A stretch of 64,000 nucleotides of DNA from an uncultured Acidobacteriaceae bacterium (GTDB lineage: Bacteria; Acidobacteriota; Terriglobia; Terriglobales; Acidobacteriaceae): assembly GCA_963787495.1 (NCBI GenBank), contig CAWBDA010000004.1, positions 166,015 to 230,014 of the forward strand, given 5' to 3'. Made by a program: the position numbers and the translations under genes. The notes under the pieces are model-generated. The model did no database searches. It was not told the origin of the DNA and saw nothing but the letters and a program-made list of their open reading frames with translations. This document shows positions 44,969 through 55,162 of this stretch, piece after piece; position 1 is the stretch's first letter; every line of letters begins with the position of its first letter.

Positions 44969-46786
44969 TTACGGCTTCTTGGTGGTCGGCTTCGCAGCAG
45001 GCTTCTTCGGCGCTGCTTTCTTCTTGGCCTCGGACTCCCTGCCGCCGATCAGCGTCAAGGCATCCGTGGCATTGAAGGGGAATTGGCGAACTGAGGTTTG
45101 GCCTGTTGTGCTCAAAGTGACATCCACCCGGCGATTGCTCGCCATCCTGATCGTCACGATGTTCCTGAGAACCCTCTGCCGCTCCTCGGGACTCAGCTCG
45201 GGATTGCTTTCGACCTCACCCTGTACTTCCTCAGTCGTGAGGTTGTGCTCCTTCCCGAACGCTTTGGTCTCGATGCTGCCCTCGGGAATGCCCTGCTCTA
45301 CCAGGAAGCTCTTGACGCGATCGACGCGACGCTGGGAGAGCGCCTGATTGAATTCGACGGACCCACGATGATCTGCGTGGCCGCCAAGAATCAAGTGCGC
45401 ATCCGGTTTGCTTTGGAGATATTCCTTGAAGTCCGCAGCCAGCGCGATCAACGTTTTCTGTTGGCTGGGCAGCAGACCACCCTTGGGATTCTTGACCAAT
45501 GGCTGGTTAACCACAAAGTAAACGCTGTGCAACGAGAGCCGGGCCTCCAGTCGTGCGACCTCTGGATTGACCGGTGGCGGCGGAGGATTCTCCACCATCA
45601 CTTGCGTGGTAGCTTGAGCGGTCAGACCGCGCGTGTCGGTGCAGGTTGCTCCAACCGTGATCGGACCTGGCGAGACACCCGTGGTGTTCAGCGTGGCCGA
45701 ACTACCGCTGCCCGAAACGGTTCCGCCGCTGGCCGTCCAGTTGGCGACCGAGACCCCAACGCTATCCGGGCTGCTGCAGTTGGCTGACAAGTTCACGGTT
45801 CCACCCGCCTGCAGGCTCGTCGGGTTGGCCGAGATGGAAATAGTCGGCGGGTTCTTGGGTGGCAGCGGCTTCACCGTAAAGTTCGCCGAGCAGCTCGCTA
45901 CGTTATTGTTCTTCTCTTTGGCATCGGTCACACGAGCGGTTACGGTATAGCTGCCGGGCGCCGCGTTGGTGGTGTCGATCTGCGCGGTAGTATCCTTCCC
46001 GGTAATCTGACCTCCAGTGCCGCTCCATTCGTACGTGACAGTATGCTTGGGGTTGAAGTTGCTCACAGCTACTGTTGCGGTGATTGGCTCACCGACCAGC
46101 ACTTCACCCGGCTGGACAGAACAACTGGCAGTTGGCGCTACCGCCGGCGCGCCCCCCCAACTGAAGACAATTCCGGTACGCAGTCGGACGCCTTCGAACG
46201 ACGGACGCCGTAGATCAGGAAACTCGGGAGCCGCAAAATCTGCATAGTTGTGCCTGGCCCAGACATAGTCGGCTTCAAACAAGCGAATTGCCCATCCCTT
46301 GCGGATGGGCAGATCCATTCCTCCACCCAGGATCGCTCCGATTCCATTGCTCCCGTCGAGACCGTTAACGGTTACGCGATTCAAACTCACCAAAGTATGC
46401 AAGAAGTAATTTGCATAATCGGTGCGCCACATAACGCGCGGCCCCACTGAAAATGTGGTTTCGCGCGGCGCTGGCATTGTGCTGCTGCTTCCCCCGTTCA
46501 GGCCGAGATCGAACTCCCCTCCCCAATGCCGGTCAAAATTGTAGGTGAAGTCGGCGCCGAATCCCTTGGCCATATCCGGCACTTGGAAGGCAGTTGGACT
46601 ATTGGGATCGCCGCCTGGCGCGGGAACTGTGCCGCCTGGATGCAGCCATTGATATCCCGCAAATATGTCATATTTCGGATTCGAGTCGCTCTGTGCGAGC
46701 GCGGAACTCGAGATGAGTGAAACCACCAGAACAACCAATAGACGTGTGACGTTGCGGCCCTTGCTTAAGCCAGAGCAAACTGACAT
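44969..46786 (-). CDS. OmpA-family outer-membrane protein with Ig-like repeats
   Basis: Signal peptide, N-terminal beta-barrel-like region, repeated Ig-like segments, C-terminal GHADHRGSVEFNQALSQRRVDRVKSFL. GGAGGA before ATG 46786. Confidence 0.8.
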   Translation of the reverse strand: MSVCSGLSKGRNVTRLLVVLVVSLISSSALAQSDSNPKYDIFAGYQWLHPGGTVPAPGGDPNSPTAFQVPDMAKGFGADFTYNFDRHWGGEFDLGLNGGSSSTMPAPRETTFSVGPRVMWRTDYANYFLHTLVSLNRVTVNGLDGSNGIGAILGGGMDLPIRKGWAIRLFEADYVWARHNYADFAAPEFPDLRRPSFEGVRLRTGIVFSWGGAPAVAPTASCSVQPGEVLVGEPITATVAVSNFNPKHTVTYEWSGTGGQITGKDTTAQIDTTNAAPGSYTVTARVTDAKEKNNNVASCSANFTVKPLPPKNPPTISISANPTSLQAGGTVNLSANCSSPDSVGVSVANWTASGGTVSGSGSSATLNTTGVSPGPITVGATCTDTRGLTAQATTQVMVENPPPPPVNPEVARLEARLSLHSVYFVVNQPLVKNPKGGLLPSQQKTLIALAADFKEYLQSKPDAHLILGGHADHRGSVEFNQALSQRRVDRVKSFLVEQGIPEGSIETKAFGKEHNLTTEEVQGEVESNPELSPEERQRVLRNIVTIRMASNRRVDVTLSTTGQTSVRQFPFNATDALTLIGGRESEAKKKAAPKKPAAKPTTKKP

Positions 46787-47173
46787 TCCATCCTCCAATA
46801 AAGTACGCGCGGTCTTGCCTGCGCTTTGGAGCGCGGGCTACGCGGAAAAAGATAACGCAGGATTAGCAGCGTGACCTCGATCTCTCCTGGGAAACGCGCA
46901 ATTCTAACGCACTGCAATCTCAAAGCGAAAGTCTGATTTTCAGGAATTGCCTCATCTGACAACCAATTTTGCAATTTCGCCGCAGGCGCACCCTTGTCTC
47001 AAATTGATATGACGTTGCCCGAAGCTGCGCTCAACGCGCTGCCGAGCCCGAAATGGCAGTGGGCATTCGCCCCCAGACCTTGCCCCACAGGAAGCAGGCC
47101 GCGTATGGTTATAGTTTCGCTGTTCGCGGAGCAGTGCCGAGCAACTCATTGAAAAGCGGGCAAAACCAAAGGG

Positions 47174-48580
47174 ATGAGCCACGAAAAAGTACTGATTGTC
47201 GAGGACGAAGAGAACGAACGCACGGGTCTGGCTGAGTTGGTTTTTTCCTGGGGATATCGGGCCGAAACTGCCCGGGACGGTATGGAAGGCCTGGAGAAGG
47301 CGGCGCAATGGGTCCCCTCCATTGTAATCACCGATCTCAAGATGCCGCGCATGGGGGGCATCGAACTGCTCGAACGGCTGGGCGAGCAATCCGAGGCCAT
47401 GGCCGTGATTCTGGTGACGGCGCAGGGGACAATCGACAGCGCAGTGCAGGCCATGCGCATGGGCGCGTATGACTACATCACCAAACCCATCGATACCAAC
47501 CGCCTGCGCACCATGCTGCAAAATGCGTCCACCCTGGTGGGAACTCGCGCCGAGCTGGAGACCGCCCGCCGCAAGCTGCGGGATTCCGGCTCGCTGGGCA
47601 CACTCCGCGGAGCGTCGCGCAAGATGCAGGAGATTTTCCGGCTCATCGAGCTGGTTTCACCCAGCACCGCGTCAGTGCTGATTACCGGAGCCAGCGGCAC
47701 AGGAAAGGAGTTAGTGGCTCGCACCATCCATCAACTGAGTCCGCGCCGCGAGCGGCCCTTCGTCGCCATCAACTGCGCGGCCATTCCTGAAACGCTGATC
47801 GAAAGCGAGATCTTCGGCCACGAAAAAGGCGCCTTCACCGGAGCTCTGGAGCGGCGCACCGGCTGTTTCGAGCTAGCCGAAGGCGGGACGATCCTGCTCG
47901 ACGAAATTGGGGAAATGCCGGTAGGAACCCAGGCCAAGCTGCTGCGCGTGCTCGAGGATCACAAGCTGCGCCGCTTGGGGAGCAAAGTGGAAACCTCGGT
48001 GGATGTGCGCGTGCTGGCTGCCACGAATAAAGTTCCCGACGATGCTGTCGCCAGCGGGGAATTGCGCAGCGATCTCTACTACCGGCTCAACGTGTTCAAC
48101 ATCCACATGCCTCCCTTGCGAGAACATAAGGAAGATATCGCCGATCTGGTGCAGCTGCTTCTGTCGGAAATGAGCGCCAAGCACTCCCGTAAGGTTGCTG
48201 CCGTCAGCGAGGCCGTGCTGAATCAGTTCAACAATTATTCCTGGCCGGGAAACGTCCGCGAATTGCGCAATACGATCGAACGCGCCGTAATCGTCTGCGA
48301 CAGCGGCATGATCGAAACCAAACACCTGCCTCCTGGGTTCGGCCACGCGCCCCTGCGCACGGCCGCGAATGATCCGGATGCGGTGCGTCTGGGCGTGGGC
48401 ACCACCGTCGGTGAAGCGGAAAAGATGCTGATCCTTAAAACCCTGGAGGCCACCAGCAACAACAAGACGAAAGCCGCGGAAATTCTCGGCATCAGCCTGA
48501 AAACCCTGCATAATAAGCTAAAGGAGTACGGCGGCAACGCCCCGGAAGCGGCCTCTGACAAAGAAGAGCAACCGCAGTGA
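47174..48580 (+). CDS. sigma54-dependent response regulator (NtrC family)
   Basis: Receiver VLIVEDEENERTGL, GASGTGKE, GAFTGA, C-terminal HTH KTKAAEILGISLKTLHNKLK. Confidence 0.9.
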   Translation: MSHEKVLIVEDEENERTGLAELVFSWGYRAETARDGMEGLEKAAQWVPSIVITDLKMPRMGGIELLERLGEQSEAMAVILVTAQGTIDSAVQAMRMGAYDYITKPIDTNRLRTMLQNASTLVGTRAELETARRKLRDSGSLGTLRGASRKMQEIFRLIELVSPSTASVLITGASGTGKELVARTIHQLSPRRERPFVAINCAAIPETLIESEIFGHEKGAFTGALERRTGCFELAEGGTILLDEIGEMPVGTQAKLLRVLEDHKLRRLGSKVETSVDVRVLAATNKVPDDAVASGELRSDLYYRLNVFNIHMPPLREHKEDIADLVQLLLSEMSAKHSRKVAAVSEAVLNQFNNYSWPGNVRELRNTIERAVIVCDSGMIETKHLPPGFGHAPLRTAANDPDAVRLGVGTTVGEAEKMLILKTLEATSNNKTKAAEILGISLKTLHNKLKEYGGNAPEAASDKEEQPQ

Positions 48581-48675
48581 TCAGTGTCCAGTGGTCAGTG
48601 GCCAGCGGAAAACTTTGCACCACGTCGTCACCTTCCCCACATCCGCTTAGACTGACCACTGACCACTGACCACTG
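48575..48675. repeat. inverted heptad-repeat element, CAGTGGY family
   Basis: CAGTGAT CAGTGTC CAGTGGT CAGTGGC CAGCGG at 48575-48608. (ACTGACC)x3 plus ACTG at 48651-48675. Confidence 0.95.
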
Positions 48676-48681
48676 TTTCCC

Positions 48682-50554
48682 ATGCGACGCAAAACCATCA
48701 TCGTGCTCGGCATCACCTTCATGGTGACAGTGATGGTGACCGCGTTCTCCTATCTCTACATCTCGCAGATCCTTCGCCAGCGCATCACCAATGCCTATGA
48801 AAGTGCCAGCCGCCTGACCCAGCAACTGGCCTACTTCGCCGGAAATGACCTGCCGGATTTGAGCAGCACCCGCATCGACACCAATGACCCCGCGGCGGTT
48901 CGGCGTGCTCTGGCCGAATACCTGCCGATGGATACCAACATCCTGAACAATCTGGAATCCGAGGTCGCGCTTTGGCCCTTCATCTACGATGCTTCCATCG
49001 TGGACGCGAACGGTAAGGCGCTCCTCCACACCAATCGTCAACTCGTGGGCAAGCAAGTTGTCCCACGGTTGGATTTTCGCACTGTGATGACTGCTCGCTC
49101 CCTGGACCAGCTCCGCCTGGTATACCTCCCTGCCAAAGTCTACGATGTAAGCTTCCCGCTGCAGTTGAACGGAGCGCCCTTCGGCACGATTCACATCGGC
49201 GTTTCCACAGTCTTTCTCCAGAGTGAAATTACCCCGCGTCTGATGCACGCCCTTTATTTCTCGATCGCGTCGATTTTCGCTTCTCTGTTGCTCGCTGCCG
49301 GCGTGTCGAATCTCGCTCTCGGACCGCTCAAGAAAATCAGCCGCAACCTGGATAGCGTCAGTTCCGGGGCAACCGAGGCACTCTCTGGAAACGAGTCGGA
49401 ACACGATGAATTCGGCTTGGTCACACTGAAAATCGCCAATCTGGGCCGGCAGATGCGCGACAGCCGGGAGATTTTCTCCGCACTGAAGGACAACGTGGAC
49501 CAGCTCATGTCGAAGTTGCAGGACGGCCTGATGCTGTTCGCGCGAGACAGCCGCGTGGTGCTGGTGAGTGCGCCGGTAGAGCGCTTCCTCGGCCGCCCCC
49601 GCGGAGAGCTGCTGGGCGGAACGGTGAAGGAAGTCTTCTCCGGAGACACGCCGCTCGAAGCCACAGTGCTGGATGCTTTTGAACACCGGCGCACTCTTTC
49701 GCAGCGCGAGTTCGTCGCGCCCGCCGGCAGGCGCGTCCAGGTCTCTTTGGATTTTGTTCAGGAAAAAAATACTCAGATCGGGGCCTTGCTGATCATGCGC
49801 GACGCCGAGTCGGTGCGCCGCATCGGAGACGAAATCGAGATGTCCCGCCGCCTCTCCGCTAGCGGACGCGTAACCGGCGGTGTCGCCCACGAAGTAAAGA
49901 ATCCCATCAATGCCATCGTCTTGCATTTGCAGCTGCTGCAGAACAAGCTGGCACAACTGGATCCCGATACCCGCCGCCATATGGACATCATCGGCAGCGA
50001 GATTCACCGGCTCGACCGCGTGGTGCAAACCCTGGTCGACTTCATGCGGGCTCGCGAGCTGCATCTGGTGGAAGTGGATTTCCGCCGCGTGCTCGAGGAA
50101 GTCGCGCTGCTCGCCGCTCCCGACGCGGAGCAGCATGGCGTCACCATCCAGCGTGACCTGCCGGCGGAGCCGCTGCCCATTAAGGCCGACCTGGACTTCA
50201 TGAAGCAGGCCCTTCTCAATGTCGTTCTGAACGGGATCCAGGCCATGCCTCAGGGAGGCCAACTTTCCATCACGGCGCGGCGCGACCGACAATGCCGCGG
50301 TCGCCGAGATCCGCGACCGGGGCATGGGCATTGCTCATGACGTGCAGGACAAGATTTTTGAGCTTTACTTCACCACAAAGAAAGACGGCAACGGCATCGG
50401 CCTGGCCCAGACTTACCAGATCTTGCAGTGGCACTACGGATCAGTGGAATTTGAATCGCGGGAAAGTGAGGGCTCGATGTTCCGTTTTCGCCTTCCGCTG
50501 GCCACCTCGAGCCTGCACTCGGAACACGAGGCTGCCGCCCACTTGAACCAGTGA
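48682..50554 (+). pseudogene. membrane HAMP/PAS sensor histidine kinase split by a frameshift inside the ATPase domain
   Basis: H-box HEVKNPINAI and N-box LLNVVLNGIQAM are in the frame of ORF 48682. The G1/G2 boxes IRDRGMGI and DGNGIGLA are in the frame of ORF 50324. The switch is near GACCGAC at 50284-50290. Confidence 0.65.
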
Positions 50555-50631
50555 TCTTGCTCAGAACTGATGTTTTCAGGCGCGCTTCGAAGCGTAAGAT
50601 TCAAGTAGCTTCGCCGCACAATGGATTCGAT

Positions 50632-51483
50632 ATGAATCTGGCCGCAATCCTCGGTTTTTGTCTGTTGAGCGCAGGTTGGTTACCGCCAGCCGCCCGCGGA
50701 ACTGTGCCGCAAACCGCAGGCCAGCCGCCCGCAGCGACCTCCTCAGACTCGTCCACTCAGCAGAGCCAGAGCCCCTCCGCGTCTCAACCACAGGCGCCCC
50801 CGGCGCAAAGCGCCGAGCCTACACAACCTGCGCCTTCTCCAACCAACGAAACTCCGAATTCCCCAGCGCAGGCCAAGCCGACTCCAGCAAAGCCCCGGCA
50901 TCATAAGAAAGCCGATTCGAATTGCTCGAACGCCCCAACTGCGCTGAATACTGCAGTAGGCAAGCCCGCCGATTCGCCGAATTCAGCGGATGCCGGCGCG
51001 GACAATGCATCGAACAACGCTGGCTCGATCAATCCCGAGTCGAACAGTCCTGAGTCGAACAATGCCGCGTCGAACAATGCCGCGTCGAACAATCCTGGGT
51101 CGACCGATCCTGGGTCAACCAATTCTGGGTCAACCAATTCTGGATCAAAGAATCCAGACTCTGCCGCCCTGAAACCTTGTCCGCCACCCAAAAAAGTTGT
51201 CCGCAACGGAGGATCGAACGAACCCAAGGTTCAACTAACCGGCGGCACAACTGCCCAACAGGCCGCAAATAAGTCCTCGACCGAGCAACTCAGAGCCGCC
51301 ACCGAAGAGAACCTGAAGAAAGCCGCAGGACTCCAACTCAACCCCAGCCAGAAGGAGATGGTAAGCCAGATCAAGCAGTTCATGGAACAATCAAAAGCAG
51401 CCGTCGCCGCAGGGGACCTGGAGCGCGGCCACAATCTCGCCCTGAAAGCTCAATTGCTTTCCGACGAGTTGGTCAAACCCTGA
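50632..51483 (+). CDS. secreted low-complexity (P/Q/S/N-rich) protein with pentapeptide repeats
   Basis: Signal peptide MNLAAILGFCLLSAGWLPPAARG. Eight 15-nt units at 51031-51150 encode NxxSN-type repeats. Helical C-terminus. Confidence 0.5.
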   Translation: MNLAAILGFCLLSAGWLPPAARGTVPQTAGQPPAATSSDSSTQQSQSPSASQPQAPPAQSAEPTQPAPSPTNETPNSPAQAKPTPAKPRHHKKADSNCSNAPTALNTAVGKPADSPNSADAGADNASNNAGSINPESNSPESNNAASNNAASNNPGSTDPGSTNSGSTNSGSKNPDSAALKPCPPPKKVVRNGGSNEPKVQLTGGTTAQQAANKSSTEQLRAATEENLKKAAGLQLNPSQKEMVSQIKQFMEQSKAAVAAGDLERGHNLALKAQLLSDELVKP

Positions 51484-51514
51484 ACACACATCGGGTACGC
51501 CTGAAACAATCGCG

Positions 51515-52435
51515 GTGCTAAAATTCGGCACCGTGCAAAATCAGCCCACGCAGCAGCAGATAGACGCGGTTACCCAGCTTGAGACGGCCGTTCGTTTTCA
51601 AAATGGCGATCTGGTTGAGACCGCTGTTTTTCAAGCATTCGCATCCGGCCTCCATCCGCTGCATTCGCAGCCTGTAATAATCTTGGCTGAGGTTCCGTGG
51701 CACTCGCGGCACGAAGATATAGTTAGGGCACTTCAACAATTGCGCAGCCCAGCGGCAGTGGATGCGCTTGAGCGAACCGCCCATGTGGTATACGACTATC
51801 TTGCGTACGATGACGGATTCGCGCTTGCACGAAAATGCACCTGGGCACCGGCAGATATTGGCACACCCGAGGCCCAGCAGGCGCTTACGCGACTGTCGGC
51901 GTGCGACAACTCAATCATCGCAAGCTACGCGCAAAAGCGATTGGCCAAGTGGCAAGATGAGTTGCACCGCAAAGGACACTCGCGCTCGGCAACCGTGAGC
52001 CAACCGACGCCCCCCTACTTCCTGTGGAATAGTCGTCAGCATTTCTTTACCTGCATCACTCCGGCGGATGCGGCCGAAGCAGGAAAGAAGGTGTCTCGCA
52101 TCACCTTGGTCACGGAGTATGACTCGAAGAGCACCATTTACGATTGTGGGGGTACGGCATGGGGTTTTCACTATGTGGGGCGGAGAGAAGAGTTTTCGCT
52201 GTTCGACCGACTCCTAGCCGGAGTCTACAATCCTTCCCGCGAGTTCCCGGTTTCCTATTCCAAACTTCGCGGCTATCAGTTCGCGGAGCTACAAGGTGCG
52301 TACCTCGACGGTGTTGCCCATGACGATGACATCTTGACTCAGTTTGTTGAAGCTGGCGAGTTGACGAAACGCATTATGCAGTGTTCGACCTTCGGAGAAC
52401 TGATCGAAACATGGAAGTGGATGAATACTGGCTGA
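51515..52435 (+). CDS. hypothetical protein (HEAT-like N-terminal region)
   Basis: 306-aa ORF with a GTG start. VRALQQLRSPAAVDALERTA resembles a HEAT/PBS-lyase repeat. The C-terminal half is unassigned. Confidence 0.45.
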   Translation: MLKFGTVQNQPTQQQIDAVTQLETAVRFQNGDLVETAVFQAFASGLHPLHSQPVIILAEVPWHSRHEDIVRALQQLRSPAAVDALERTAHVVYDYLAYDDGFALARKCTWAPADIGTPEAQQALTRLSACDNSIIASYAQKRLAKWQDELHRKGHSRSATVSQPTPPYFLWNSRQHFFTCITPADAAEAGKKVSRITLVTEYDSKSTIYDCGGTAWGFHYVGRREEFSLFDRLLAGVYNPSREFPVSYSKLRGYQFAELQGAYLDGVAHDDDILTQFVEAGELTKRIMQCSTFGELIETWKWMNTG

Positions 52436-52523
52436 TTCTCGCGCAGTGGCCACAACATAGGTATTCGCTGCCTAACCGTTGAAATATCGCCATATCACTG
52501 ATTGCGGTTTTCTGCGCCCACCC

Positions 52524-53681
52524 TCACTTCCCTTTCGCCCGCGCCGCATTCACCTTGTTCAACAGATCCTGCGACATGGCCTGCACTGGGCCGGAAATCT
52601 TCACCGCCTCCGTTAACACGTCGCGCGCTTCATTCACCCTGCTAAGCTTCGCGTAGGCAAAGCCCAGACGATAAAGCGCGATGGAGTATTGCTGATCGTC
52701 CTGTCCCTTCAACAGCGCCGCCGCCGACTTCAATTCCGGGATTGCCGCCGCCGTCTTATCTTGCTTCAGGTCGGCGTTTCCCAGAACCGAATGCGCAACT
52801 CCCGCCGACAGTTTGCGCGACTTATCGGCATCCGGATCATCAGCCTTTGCGACCGCAATCGCTTTCTGCGAATAAGTCACCGCCTTGGCAACGCTGCCCG
52901 GTCTAGGGTCGTCAACGTAAGATCCCGCCAGAAGCAGCAAAGCCGGCAGCGAGTTAGGATTCGCCGCCAGCGTTTTCTCTCCATACGCAACCAGCCGCGT
53001 TTGATCATTCAACTGGCCCGGCCCCAGCGTATACATGGCATAGCTTGAGACTTGATCCTGAAACTTCGAGTCCGGAAACGCGGCGGAGTACTTCTCGATG
53101 TCGGCCATCCGGCTCTTCGCATCATTCTCGCTGGCAATCACATTGAAACCCGCCGACTCGAGAAAATCGCAGTTGTTCTTGACCGCGCTCTTGTCTTCCT
53201 CTACTTGTTTGCGAAAATCCTCGTCGCTCATGCCTTCGGGCTTGGGTTGCTTGCCGATCGAGTTGCAGACCGCGCCTCCCTTCGCCGCATAGTCAATCAA
53301 CTTCGCGTTGTCCTTCGCCTGCTGCGCGATGCTGGCCTGCGAAACGAGAATATCGAGATTCCGCGGCGCCCCTGCCAGGGCCTTATCCCCGTAGTCAAGC
53401 GCCTTAGTCAAGTCGCCGGTAGCCTGGTAGGTCTGTGAAATCTGCCAGTTCCCATAAGCCACGGCCGCCGGGTTCGACGCGTATTTCTGCACGAAGTCCT
53501 GGTACATCGCAAGTTTCTTCGCCGCATCCTGCTCGTTCGAAATAGCCTGCAGATCATGGTCTTCCGGCGTGCCCGCAGGAATCACGATCTTGTCCATCTG
53601 TGCGCCCGCACGCGGAATGATAATGATAAACACGAAGCAGAAAATAACGGCAACCACCAGCGACCCCGCATAACGTTTCAT
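52524..53681 (-). CDS. secreted tetratricopeptide-repeat protein
   Basis: Signal/TM MKRYAGSLVVAVIFCFVFIIIIPRAGAQ and multiple TPR-like helical pairs. GAGGTGA before ATG 53681. Confidence 0.7.
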   Translation of the reverse strand: MKRYAGSLVVAVIFCFVFIIIIPRAGAQMDKIVIPAGTPEDHDLQAISNEQDAAKKLAMYQDFVQKYASNPAAVAYGNWQISQTYQATGDLTKALDYGDKALAGAPRNLDILVSQASIAQQAKDNAKLIDYAAKGGAVCNSIGKQPKPEGMSDEDFRKQVEEDKSAVKNNCDFLESAGFNVIASENDAKSRMADIEKYSAAFPDSKFQDQVSSYAMYTLGPGQLNDQTRLVAYGEKTLAANPNSLPALLLLAGSYVDDPRPGSVAKAVTYSQKAIAVAKADDPDADKSRKLSAGVAHSVLGNADLKQDKTAAAIPELKSAAALLKGQDDQQYSIALYRLGFAYAKLSRVNEARDVLTEAVKISGPVQAMSQDLLNKVNAARAKGK

Positions 53682-53769
53682 AGGTCACCTCAGCCTCGGC
53701 GAGAATGGATCTCCACATCCGAACAGCAGGCGAATCCTAGCTCCGAATGCGTGTGGAAGCAAGGAGAAC

Positions 53770-53854
53770 CAGTGGTCAGTGTCCAGTGGTCAGTGATCAA
53801 TAAAGCCCTCAATCAACGAGAGCGTTTCACTGGCCACTGGCCACTGACCAATGG
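53770..53854. repeat. inverted heptad-repeat element, CAGTGGY family
   Basis: CAGTGGT CAGTGTC CAGTGGT CAGTGAT CA at 53770-53799. CACTGGC CACTGGC CACTGAC CAATGG at 53828-53854. 28-nt spacer. Confidence 0.95.
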
Positions 53855-53883
53855 TTCTCGCGGACTTCATTTAAATTAGAGAG

Positions 53884-55140
53884 ATGCGCGCCATCCTCGG
53901 CCAGCGTCCGTTGCGTTTCGTCTTTGCCGCCAACGTGATCTCCATGTTGGGCAGCGGAATGAACTCGGCCGCCGTGGCCTGGTACATCCTCGAAGCCACG
54001 CACTCGGAAATGGCGCTCGGCACCTTCGCCGTTCTCCAAACCATTCCTGCCATGCTCATGCTCCCCTTCACCGGAGTCCTTATCGACCGCGAAGATCGCC
54101 GCCGCCTGGTCATGTGGCTCGATGCCGTGCGCGCCGTGATCATCGTAACCGTGGCCATCCTCGCGTTTCGGCATCGCGTGCAGCTCTGGCAACTCTACTT
54201 GATGAACACCCTCGTCGCCGCCGGTTTCTGGATGTTCTGGCCCACCATCACCGCGCTCATCCAGGAACTCACGCCCGAAGGCCAATTCGTGCAGTCGAAT
54301 ACATTTCTTTTAGCCGGAATTCAGGGAGGATGGCTCATCGCCGGCTCCATCGTCGGCTTCATGTACAACCACATCGGCCTCGGCGGCGTGCTGCTGATCG
54401 ACGTTTCCACCTACGTGGTCTCGTTTCTGTGTTATTTCGGAGTGCGCAAGGGACGCCACGTCGTGTTGCGCCCAGAGGAGCTGCGCGCCGATATTCTCGC
54501 CGCCGAAACCCAGCTCCAGCGCTTCTGGCGCGAGATGCGCGAAGGACTTCGCTTTCTCCGCGACCGTCGCTCCGTCGTCCTGCTCGGCATCAGTTGGGCG
54601 CTGTTTCTCGGCGCCATGATCACCGGAGTCGTCGTCACGCCCTCGCTGAGCGAGCGCGTTTTCCATGCCGGCGCCGTCGGCTACGGATGGCTCAACGCCG
54701 GCTGGGGCACCGGCGCGTTTCTCAGCGCCTTGTATGCTCCCGCAGTGATCGCGAGCCTGGGTGGTCGTCGTTCGGTTGCCTTTTCCATGGCGATCATCGC
54801 TGCGTGCGTCGTCTGCGCTCCCGTCTCGCACTGGCTGGTCGCCGCGATACTGCTCTATGGATTGATGGGATCGGCCCGCGGTGTCGGCGGTATCGCCATG
54901 AACACCAGCCTGATGGAAATGGTCCCGAAGCATCTGATGGGACGCGTGCAAAACGCGTTCTATTTTTTCGGTACGTTTCTCCAGCTTGTGCTCGCGCTCA
55001 GCGTAGGTGCCATGGCGCACAAAGTCAGCCTGGTAGCGGCGTTCGCCATTCTGGCCTGCGTTTACGGGTTGGCGTTCGTGGCCGCCAGCTGGCCCGTGGG
55101 AAACGTCGCCGCGATAGAGGAAGTCAGCACAGCGGAATGA
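53884..55140 (+). CDS. MFS transporter
   Basis: 418 aa with about 12 hydrophobic segments and an EntS-like layout. Confidence 0.85.
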   Translation: MRAILGQRPLRFVFAANVISMLGSGMNSAAVAWYILEATHSEMALGTFAVLQTIPAMLMLPFTGVLIDREDRRRLVMWLDAVRAVIIVTVAILAFRHRVQLWQLYLMNTLVAAGFWMFWPTITALIQELTPEGQFVQSNTFLLAGIQGGWLIAGSIVGFMYNHIGLGGVLLIDVSTYVVSFLCYFGVRKGRHVVLRPEELRADILAAETQLQRFWREMREGLRFLRDRRSVVLLGISWALFLGAMITGVVVTPSLSERVFHAGAVGYGWLNAGWGTGAFLSALYAPAVIASLGGRRSVAFSMAIIAACVVCAPVSHWLVAAILLYGLMGSARGVGGIAMNTSLMEMVPKHLMGRVQNAFYFFGTFLQLVLALSVGAMAHKVSLVAAFAILACVYGLAFVAASWPVGNVAAIEEVSTAE

Positions 55141-55162
55141 AGTCAATTTGCAAGCCGACACA

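Noticed and set aside
48628-50331. 567-aa ORF on the minus strand
   Set aside because: It is fully antisense to the histidine-kinase gene, whose motifs (HAMP/PAS, H-box, N-box) are clear on the plus strand. Its composition is Arg/Gly/His-rich with no motifs. This is a typical shadow ORF of high-GC DNA.
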